This document shows positions 1 to 10,400 of a stretch of DNA of 64,000 nucleotides, piece by piece (the first letter of the stretch is position 1; each line of letters starts with the position of its first letter). The stretch spans positions 23,436,001 to 23,500,000 of the forward strand of contig NC_092674.1 of NCBI RefSeq assembly GCF_964355755.1. Reading direction: 5' to 3'. Under the pieces are notes generated by a model. That model was not told the DNA's origin. It saw only the letters and a list, made by a program, of their open reading frames with translations, and searched no databases. The position numbers and the translations under genes were made by a program. Source of the DNA: Antedon mediterranea (taxonomy: Eukaryota > Animalia > Echinodermata).

Positions 1-329
1 CTCCGGGTTTAAAATGTGTATTGTTTATTATAAAATAAACAGTAGGCCTATTGATAATAGGCCTAAATACTACTACTGGCTTATTATTTTCGTCAGCAGG
101 TAAAACAGAACGAGCGTCGAGATGATGAAATATTCCCTTTTTTAGACAGGTATACTGCGTGACTTTTCTGTATTATGTTAAGATAGAATAAGTAAATTTA
201 AAAAAAGGAAATTTCACAATTATAACAACAACTTTATAAATATCCTTTTTTTTAAATTACATACCTAGGCCCTATTCCGGTTTCCTCAAAGAGAGTGATA
301 TTATAATATTCTTTGGTTTCCCCCACATC

Positions 330-448
330 TTGGTGGCGCTTTGTTAAATTAGTACTGGCTTTTGATTGGCTGTTGGTCTTTTATTTTATAAAAAGGCGAC
401 ATTTTCAAAATAAATAACGCGAAACGGCAGTACGATCGGTTTGTAAGT
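330..448 (+). promoter_or_regulatory. Putative KIF4 promoter and non-coding first exon
   Basis: E2F-like GGTGGCGC (332-339), inverted CCAAT (ATTGG 365-369), inverted CHR-like TTCAAA (404-409) and donor GTAAGT at 443. The coding exon has an acceptor at 7478, 10 nt before the ATG, so an upstream UTR exon is expected. Confidence 0.55.
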
Positions 449-786
449 ATAATCGTTACGTTGTTTACAAAATATTTATTGCAGATCGTAACATTTTGTT
501 GTTTAGCCATCTAATTCTATAATATTACAGGACCTACCAGCCTACTTATTAGGGATTCCCCTGATTTAATTAGGCCTCTACTACTAGGCCTAGCTAGCTA
601 GGCCTAGGCTACTGTACTAGGCCTAGGCCTACTAGCCTACTACCTAGGCTAGTCCTAGCCTAGCCTCCTACCTACTAGGCCTAGCCTACTAGAGGCCTAG
701 CCTACTAGGCCCTAGTCCTAGGCTAGGCGTAGCCTTTTATTATTATCAGTAGGCCCTCTAGCTAGAGTCCAGGGCCTACTAGGTAG

Positions 787-2591
787 GGTGTCAGATGAAA
801 TCGGTCGCGTCTGAAATCGGTCGCGTTTGAAATCGGTCGCGATAAAATCAACTTCCGGTATTTTGTATGGCGCGCCGCTAGAGCTATACGTTTAATGATA
901 TCGGTCGCGTTTGAAATCGGTTGCGCTATTTTGCATGGGACGCACTACGATACATTTTTAATGAAAACGCTAATTATGTTTTTAGTTAATTTTGAATATA
1001 GAATTTCTAACTAATACTATTAACATTTTGTTTACCTCGATCGTTATTATTTTTTTAGTACAGTAGGCTTAAATATAAATATTTATCTCATTATTTATAA
1101 ATAACTTGTGTTTTCATTTTATCTTACAGGTGTCAATGAATAATTGTAATGTGTTCGTTTAGAAAATCGTTTTAAAAAGTGTTATTGAATATTGTTTAAG
1201 TTTTTGAAAAGATTAGCATGCCACTGTTTAAAGTTTTAAAAATGTTGAATTAAACAAGTAGACGCGCCTATTGCGTATTTTTTTATCACAGTTAATTACG
1301 AAACTAGTTCTATACCTGCAAGTGGATACCAGCTCAATGAGGTTTATGCAATAAAGGAAGATGATGTATGACGATGATTTTTACGTTCGATATCCGCCAC
1401 TTTTACGTGAGCATGGTTTTAGGATAATACTAATAAAATAATATGCCGTTATATATCAATCTAAACTGTACAATGATAGGCCTAGTGATTATTATAAATG
1501 TATAGAAAATATATAGAAATAAAAGATATTCAAATTAAAAACTATAGTATTGCCGAGGTATATACGTAAATTATATACATCATTTCACCATGGAACTAGG
1601 TTTCACAAAACACGTGCAGGCCTATAGATGTTTTAAACGTATGGTTATTAGTAATAGGCCTATTATACGTCATCTTTACATGTCCATGGACAATGATCGC
1701 CGTACGTGTTTTTTCCATGATTTGACACACTAGTGCGTGTTTTTTTTTAAAGGGAATCCCCGTCAGCAAAATAACGTGCAGTTAACGTCTGCATGATCAT
1801 AGAAGGCGCCATCCACGATATGATTAATGGCCTATTTCGGGGTTTATTTCAGTAACTCGCCTTTTAACGATCCGCATATAATAATCAATGTCATTTTTTA
1901 CTAGAAAATATTTTAGGCCTAAACATTAGAAATAAAAATATACACGTGATTTGCCTCAACAATATTCATTATAGGCCTAAACTTAATATTATCCTACATA
2001 ACGTACGGACATAAATAAAATAAAAATTAAAATACGGTAAGGTAATCCTATAGTAAGTTTTTAACGACATGGATATGATATATCTGCCACAGTATGCATA
2101 AGTATAAAAATGGATACGCTGGCTTTACGGGCTATATATTGTTTGATTAATAAAAGACACAGACGTATATTCTCTATATAATATATTAATTACACAGTAC
2201 ATAATAAAATAGAGGTAAATTATTATATGCCTAATAAAATATTTAAACGTGTTTAGAAATGGCCATTTAGAAAAGACACAGTCCTTCTTCTCCGAGACAT
2301 GTGAAATAAAAAAAAAATGATAATAAATATTTATTAACCAAAATAAAAAATATCCACATAAATAATCTAGTTCCTAAAAAATATCAATTAAATAAACTAT
2401 ATAAACGAAGAAAATGTATATCCCGCTAGCATGCATCTCGCTCCATACAAAATAGCGCGACCGATTTCAAACGCGACCGATTTCAAACGTATAGCTCTAG
2501 CGGCGCGCCATACAAAATACCGGAAGTTGATTTTATCGCGACCGATTTCAAACGCGACCGATTTCAGACGCGACCGATTTCATCGTAAACC
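787..2591. mobile_element. Non-autonomous foldback/MULE-like DNA transposon (1.8 kb)
   Basis: TIRs over 100 bp built of 16-bp subrepeats (TGAAATCGGTCGCGTY), GG..CC ends, 8-bp TSD CTAGGTAG (779-786 and 2592-2599). Confidence 0.88.
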
Positions 2592-2657
2592 CTAGGTAGA
2601 AAGCCACCTCTAGCCTACCTACCTAGGCTAGCCTAGTCCTAGTACTCCTGCCTGGCT

Positions 2658-3772
2658 GCGATTTTTTTTTTCGTACATAAGTTAGGGACCCCTCATGAAA
2701 CGTCACAAAATAAACATGAATAATTCATCAGTTAAATTTGTTGTTCCGTGTGCACCCAAGCGTATAGCAACAAGAAGTGATTACACAACTGCGATACGAT
2801 ACTTTCTACAGTAGGCCTAGGATTCTAAGTCAATTCACGTGATTGCCTTCGCGCACTCTTCTTCACACAAAATGTGTCGAGTCGAGGCTAATCGACAGCT
2901 AGGCAAGACATTAAACTAAGTAGTAATTCATTGGACGTAGCCCAAAGAAAGCTTAGACCCACAAGAATAAAGAATGTGTATAATTTGTGTACTGTATTTT
3001 TTTAATTCTGCTATTTTATTATCAAACAATATGCATGCAGGGAATAATTTCGCCAGTGTAGCATAGCAAAAAGCTATACAAAACAACCTTTTTGCTACAG
3101 ATTTTTAAAATTGTGTAGCAAAAAATACAATACAAAACTATGTTTCTCAACTCAAAAATCAGTTTGATTAGCAATATTGCTAAACAAAATTTAAAAATGA
3201 AATTTTTCCCTGGCATGTACTCAAAGGAACTTTAAAAATGCGCGTATATGAACACATGAGATGGGAAGATTTGACCCACGAGAATAAAAAATGTATTTTT
3301 GTGTAATGTTTATTGTTTAATTTTGCTGACTTATTACTCGGATTGTGTCATACCAAAGATAGTGTAACTATCTTTGGTCATACCTAACACACACACACGT
3401 CACACAACACACCCACACAGCTACTACTAGAATAGACATGGGTTTAGAGACTAATAATTAGGCCTAATAGTATTAATAGAAACTATAATTTTAACACGTA
3501 ATTCTTTAGTAATAAATTATATTAAAAACACCATAAACTAAAGGCTGATTATTTCGACAATCCACACAAAACGCCGCTATTCTTCTATGAAATCGCACGC
3601 CGCAACAACAGCGGAGATAGGCCTAGAATCGTACCGCACTTGTGTAATCACTTCTTGTTGCTATACGCTTGGGTGCACACGGAACAAAACAATTTAACTG
3701 ATGAATTATTCATGTTTATTTTGTGACGTTTCATGAGGGGGTCCCCAACTTATGTACGAAAAAAAAAATCGC
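2658..3772. mobile_element. Non-autonomous Mutator-like element (1.1 kb)
   Basis: About 140-bp TIRs (GCGATTTTTTTTTTCGTACATAAGTT...) and a 9-bp TSD TGCCTGGCT (2649-2657 and 3773-3781). Confidence 0.9.
3038..3212. mobile_element. hAT-like MITE with 5-bp TSD, nested in the MULE
   Basis: TIR CAGGGAATAATTTC / GAAATTTTTCCCTG, flanked by GCATG on both sides. Confidence 0.7.
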
Positions 3773-4064
3773 TGCCTGGCTACCTAACCTACCTACCTAG
3801 TAGGCTAGAACCACCAGTCAGTAGCTATCTAGCCTAGGGTAGCTAGCTAGGGCCTATGCTCACGCTAATCTTTCGCAAATTGCAATTGGAGTCATTTTGC
3901 CAAAAAAAAACTTGCGAAAATAATTGTTCCTTAACATTTTGACTGCCAGAGAGAGGTTTTTCCAGTTAGAAACTGCCCAATTCAGGCCTAAAGTTGGTCC
4001 GGAACCGTTTTACGACTAGGCCTAGGCTAGCTTAATACTACTAGCCTAGCTAGTAAACTGATTT

Positions 4065-5600
4065 ATTTCATTTCATTTATTTATTCGATCAACAAAACAT
4101 ATATACAATGTACAAAGATGAAATTGGCCAGGGACTGCTAAAGTAATATAATTACTGTAACTACAAGACAAGAGTCAGCAGTCCCATGATCTTAACTAAA
4201 ATAAATATATACCGTATATTTCGGTGTATAAGTCGCACCTGTGTATAAGACGCACCCCCAACTGAGAGTAAAATATCGGTATTTTTTATATCGTCGATGT
4301 ATAAGACGCACCTTATATTTCATCAAAACAATGTTTTTTTAAATTGTAATCAATATTATTGTAATAATATATTTTGTTATATCTACAACGGCGTCCTTTA
4401 TTTAGGTTTTTTCTTACCTAGGCTCGGCCGCGCCCAGCCTCAACAAGTTCTTTCTAACTTGTTATTCATGAGTTTCGTGTTTCATGACCGTGTGTGTAAC
4501 ACGCACGTGTGTGGGCTAGCCTCGCTCGATCATTTCGAGAGGGCGCACGTTTTCACGGACAATCGTATTCGATTAGTATCTATGTATCCGAGAAGTGTGT
4601 ACGCTAGGTCCATGCTATAATCACCTGGAGAATATACTAGTCGAATACCGTACACCATGTGCCACCAAAAGAAGGGCTTGCGCTTGGGGTACGGCGATCG
4701 TGCGTATAACTACTGTATAAATAAATACTATTCCAATCGTACGACGTAAACGTTTACAAATGATATTTTATCGGAGCGCCATAATGAACAAATCTTTTCA
4801 TCATATTTAGTATAACATCATGCTAAAATGACTTGAAAACTAGGCCTAGGCAGAAGCAGGTTGCCGTTACGTTAGTTAGTTACTGTAGCTAGGCCTAGCC
4901 TACTCAGGCCTAGAAAACGAGGTGACGATAGCCTAGGCCTATGTACAATCTGTGTGGTGAGGCATTTATGTTCAGTGTATAAGACGCACCCTTAATTTAG
5001 AGGTCAAATTTGCGTGTCAAAAGTGCGACTTATACACCGAAATATACGGTAGTTTTATAAACAAATAAAGTATAGAGCTGTGAGTATACAGAAAAAAAAA
5101 CCAAATATGATTCAAAAAAATTTAATTAAAAATACAAAAATAAAAAATTTTAAATTATAATGATAAGATAATTATCATTAAGGAAAGAGTCAATAGATGA
5201 TAAAAGATGAGGAAAAGATTCAATAACACTAACAGCTAATTGGCGTAATGTGGAAGGTAACTGAGACCAAAGCTTAGGGAAGCGGTTTATAGGAGAATTA
5301 CGAAGGGCCAGAGTTCGAGAAAAGCTGAGATGATTAAAAGTGAGGTCTTCAGTATGTCTAGGATAGGTAGTGAGATTCTGGATGACAGAAGAGCAGTCAG
5401 TAAAGCCATAAAGACATTTAAAAATAAAGTGAAAAAGGATTTTGTTGCAACGGTTTTCAAGAGACATTAGGTTAAAAGATTTTAACCTGGTAAGGTTGAT
5501 AATATCCATACCATTTCTAAACAAGTTTGTTGCGTGAAACTCGGTCACTTTCAGTAAAACACCAAAACAATTAGGGTATACATACAATAATAAAAACAAA
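4065..5600 (-). mobile_element. 3' fragment of a non-LTR retrotransposon, interrupted by a Tc1/mariner MITE
   Basis: ORF 5150-5599 reads like a LINE ORF2 C-terminus (LMSLENR...NSPINRFPKLWSQLP). Stem GGGACTGCT/AGCAGTCCC and a (TTTA/TTCA)n tail near 4065-4085. Confidence 0.65.
4212..5049. mobile_element. Tc1/mariner-type MITE
   Basis: TIR CCGTATATTTCGGTGTATAAGTCGCAC at both ends, TA TSD, internal GTATAAGACGCACC subrepeats. Confidence 0.9.
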
Positions 5601-5849
5601 TGACTCCCATTATTTTTTATTCAGATAACAAACAAACATGTCAATCCACAAAAACCTTTGTAATGCTTCGGCGGCATAGCCAGCACGCGACCAATACACA
5701 ATGCGCCATTGTGTACCATTTTGACAGTCCGTAACCAGATTAGTTACTTTCAAATAGTAAAATATTGACGGTCCAGACCGAATATAGTGTCCATATTTAT
5801 AGTATCCAATAATAATTACCCTATTACCGGATTTTGTAAAAAAAACGTG

Positions 5850-6011
5850 AAACACGAAGATCTTCGTGTTGGGCAGTCAAGCGTTGTGTTTCCAAACACG
5901 AAGATCTTCGTGTTTGGCAATCAAGCGTTGTGTTTCCAAACACGAAGATCTTCGTGTTTGGCAGTCAAGCGTTGTGTTTCCAAACACAAAGATCTTCGTG
6001 TTTGGCAGTCA
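5850..6011 (+). repeat. 44-bp tandem repeat, about 3.7 copies, with palindrome ACACGAAGATCTTCGTGT
   Basis: Units start at about 5850, 5894, 5938 and 5982; each carries the TGGCAGTCAA core of the piggyBac-like TIR. Confidence 0.9.
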
Positions 6012-7488
6012 AAGTGTTAAGGGCCAGGTGCGGGCAAAAAATTTCTATTGATCATACATTCTAATAATTATCGATCTATAGTTTCCCCTATGTTTTATAA
6101 TTTTTGGGATTTTAGTTTTGTTATACGAGCTTGTTGAAAACAAGCACTTTCTTATCAGTGGGGGGAAAGTTCAAATTGCACAGTAAAATCTCTATTCTTT
6201 TGTACACAAATTTTGTAAATAGAGAGGCATTTTAAAAAGCTATGAAAAGTAAACGGTGTGATAAAAAGTGTTATCAGATGACTAAATATAGGTAATATAA
6301 CTTGAATTTTACATTTCTGGTATTTTTATTCAACTTCAGATTTTTATTTTCATGCTATAGCAAAAATTATCCACCGTATATCCACCATCTTTTTTACCTT
6401 ACCTTAGGTTAAACTACCTAACTACTGAAAAAAATTCTTCCTGTTTTTTTATGGCAGAATTTGGCCAAATTTTGTATTTGACCATATTAAGGGAAATTCA
6501 TGTTTTTTCGTCTTGATTTCTGTTAAAAATATTTGATTATGTACAATTAATCAGATATTATATTTAAAATTCATGCCTGTATCTGAGCTTTAAAAACTCA
6601 AACTTCATCCGCCTAGGCTTCAAATATTAAAGTTTTATGTAAACCACAACGACTTCGCCGCCGTCGCCAGCCTATAATAAGTGACAGCGATGTACTAGCG
6701 CTACTTGCCATCAACAACGTTTTTTCCGCGTCACTCAAATAAATTAAACAAGTTTTCCGCTAGGAGGCGCCTATTAATTGTACAGGCGTGTAGTAAATCG
6801 CGTTAAATCTGTAAATGTACACGCGCCCGACTAAGGAGAATTTATTTTATGATGTGCAGTAATTGTAATTACAAACAAACAAACTGCGCATGTTTACAGA
6901 TGCAAATATCGCGCAATAACAAACATGCTGCATGAACATTACGACGTCGTTGTAGTTCGTTTGTGGTGGGTTACGATGTTTTCGCGAGTGAATAAAAAGC
7001 ATATACAACTCAAACAAAAACTATTTAATAATTATATTTTTTGTGATGAAAAACTTTATCCAGGCTGGCTGCATATGCTGATAATCGATAGAGGAGGCCT
7101 GACGCCGATCATACATGACTCGGCCGTGACATAGATAGTCAATTATTGAGTAGGCCTCAGTAGGCTGCAGTAGATAGGCCTAATATTTTTTAATGCGGTC
7201 ATGTTTTATTTGTATTTTAATCACAAATTTTGAATGAATAAAAATAAAAACAATACAAGACAACCTACATAGGCTCTGTGGCTAAGAAGGTTTAGGCCTA
7301 ACTCATATTTTCACAGACAAAGCGAATTTAACTATGCCTAAGAGGAAATCTTTTTATCAATTTTATTATCTTGCATATATTTAACTTCATCCTTTTTTCT
7401 CATTGCATTTCCTAACAAATTGCAAATATAAAAATTCAACACTTAACAATAGCTCGTTCCTCTATCAATCATTTACAGGAGTTTTACA

Positions 7489-10400
7489 ATGGCGCAACCC
7501 AAAGACATTCCAGTGCGTGTGGCACTTCGTTCTCGCCCTCTAGTGCCAAAAGAGATTGGTGAAGGTTGCCAGGAATGCCTGCAATTTATCCACAGCAATG
7601 AACAGGTCGTATTGGGTAACAACAAAGCGTTTACATATGACTTTGTCTTCAGCAAAGACACTGAGCAAGAAGAGGTTTACACCAAGGCTGTAAAACCACT
7701 TGTTGATGGAATCTTTAAAGGTAACCGGAAAAATATATTTTTCACCAGTTTTGATTTAATATTTATTTTTTCTGTAAGGATGTAATTGTAATTAAACATA
7801 GTTTTGCCTAGTCGGGTACCACCGGAAATGTGTAAAAATTATTTCTCTCGTTCATGAATTTTTCTTCTTGAAAGGGATGTCCTCTGAATAGGTGTCCCAA
7901 AGGAGGAATTATACTGGATAGTAATGTGTGTATCCAATGAATTACCCCAATGAACCAGGGACTGACGAATTACCCTGCATTGAACCAGGGACTGGCGAAT
8001 TACCCTGCAATGAACCAGGGGCTGACGAATTACCCTGCAATGAACCAGGGACTGACGAATTACCCCACAATGAACCAGGGGTTGACGAATTACCCTGCAA
8101 TGAACCAGGGACTGACAAATTACCCTGTGCCAATGAACCAGGGGCTGACGAATTACCCTGCAATGAACCACAGCAAACAACAATGAATTGGGATCCCTGA
8201 ATTACTCAATGAACCAGGGTCTGACGAATTACCCTGCAATGAACCACAGCAAACAACTATAAATCGGGATCCCTGAATTACCCCAATGAACCAGGTCTGA
8301 CGAATTACCCTGCAATGAACCACAGTAAACCCCTAATGAATCGGGATCCGAATTACCCAATGAATTACAACAGCATAGTTGTAAGTGACATCACCATAGT
8401 TGTCAATTACATATTACAAGAATTCATAAGTTCTCGCTTGAAATGTGTGAATAAAACTTGTATCTCTTCAGAAGTGTTTGACTTTTGTTTTTAAGGTTAT
8501 AATGCAACAGTACTGGCATATGGACAAACAGGGTCTGGTAAGACGCATTCTATGGGCAGTGGATACTCGGCATCACAGGCACCTACCGATCCATCAAGAG
8601 GAGTCATACCAAGAGTTATCACAAGCCTGTTTGATGGTGTCAACCAGAATGACAGCATAGAGTACACTCTCAGAGTATCATATTTAGAAGTGAGTTGATT
8701 TAAAAGCTTAGTAAGTGGCCGAGCGGTTAAGAAAGTGGAACCGTAATATGTTGCCATAACATCGGCGAGGGTTTGAGGCTCACTCGCTCCATGGTTCTGG
8801 TGGTAGAACAAGTCTTCTCGGATAAGGACTATAAACCGTCGGTCCAGTGTACACTTCTGGCTTATGTGCAGCACTTTAAGGCGTCATCTACAAATTATTT
8901 CAGACCACAGAGACGCGTCTGAAAACTTGCAACCCATCAGACGCGTCTGTCCAATGCTGAACCTCATTAACGATCTATTATGAATATTCATGAGCTACCC
9001 AATCACGGCGAAGACGCGTCTGTGTGATTAAAACCCGTCTTCGCTGTTTAGTAGGTAAAACAATAGAAAACGCGTCTGAGTGATTAAAACCCGTCTGTAT
9101 TGCTTGTATGGTGAAACAAAATTGGTATCATTTCACAGAACCAACAAATCTGAGACTAGGCCTAGGTTATCCTAATTTGGACGGACATCGCCGATGAGAC
9201 GACATCGGGCCTGTGGACCTCAGCTCATGCAGAGAGAAAGAAAGTCTAGGCTAGCCTAGTTTCGGCAGCCTAGGCTACACTAGGCCTATAAATTATTTAA
9301 CGCTCCTACCTTGGGTTAGTGAATTATAAAAACAACGACACCTAGGCCTAGGCTAGGATATGAAAAATAAATATATATTCAATATTAAGAGAAAACATGT
9401 GAGCAGTTTAGAGCTAGAGAGAGAGAGTACTGTATTATGTTTCATGTCATGTGACACAAAATCCAGGTACACGATCTTAATTACTGTTTTATCGTCGTCA
9501 GACGGTAACGGCAGCCGCCAGAGTATCGCGTTTCATGCCATGTGACCAAAAAAACTAGGTCTGTATTTATTACGGTCTTCTGTCGGCAGTCTTTTTGAGC
9601 GACCGACTGAAAACGTTCTGATACTATATTTAGAATGAATTGTTTACGATCTTTTTTTCTCGGCATCGTTCTGGATGGACTGGACGTTCGCTATAATATG
9701 TTTATTAGTTGGCTTGTTCGTTGAGGTTCACCTGTGTTGGATCGCGTGTCTCTACGTTTACATCGTGGGAAATTTATATTTATATTGGCCGTTGAGTAGG
9801 TAAACACGCATGAAGGAAACGATTACAATTAAAAAATATTATATATTTACAACTTGGTCCTCCGCCAGTTAAATTTAACACATTAATTTCACACCTTCTT
9901 ACTTCACTAAGAACATCGTAGGGTTGTTTATTTAGGTTACGAACTCCCTACAAAGTTCAGAACGTAGCTCATTGAAAGTTGTTTATTGAGGTTACGAAGC
10001 CAAACAATGGAACCTACGAAGCCAACAATGTAGCCTACGAAGCTACTTCGTAGGTAAAGTTGCAGTATTTTCTTTCTGTACTGTAGGTCAATAGTTTGAG
10101 TAATTCCATGTTCCAAAAGTTAACTTTAACGTTTTTGCATGTGGTAAATTCACTCTTTAGCACAAGAAAAATAAAATCGCAAAAATAAAAGGTCGCGAAT
10201 AAATAGAAACGAAAATTTGCGCTTTACAGTATAGGCCTACTCTGTCGGCGGTAAAAGGGTATACCTGTACTGATTTGTTTGTCTTACTGCCGGTTGTAAA
10301 TAATAATTTAATATCACGCTCTCAATGAATTCACTTGTATGTAGCGCGTTTAACACCAGTACACAGTATAACAATGTGCAGTCAGCCGTATATAGGGGCG

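Larger units (their letters stand above)
3935..6016. mobile_element. Non-autonomous piggyBac-like element containing nested insertions
   Basis: TTAA at 3931-3934 and 6017-6020; TIR CATTTTGACTGCCA / TGGCAGTCAAAGTG (13/14 match); 44-bp subterminal tandem repeats at the right end. Confidence 0.75.

Noticed and set aside
7839-8200. Overlapping repetitive ORFs on both strands
   Set aside because: A 30-bp minisatellite inside a KIF4 intron; the flanking exons join in phase without it.
8713-8790. Possible tRNA genes (also about 21170, 49615, 62358, 63783)
   Set aside because: Degenerate A/B boxes followed by shared non-tRNA bodies indicate SINE heads; no convincing cloverleaf.
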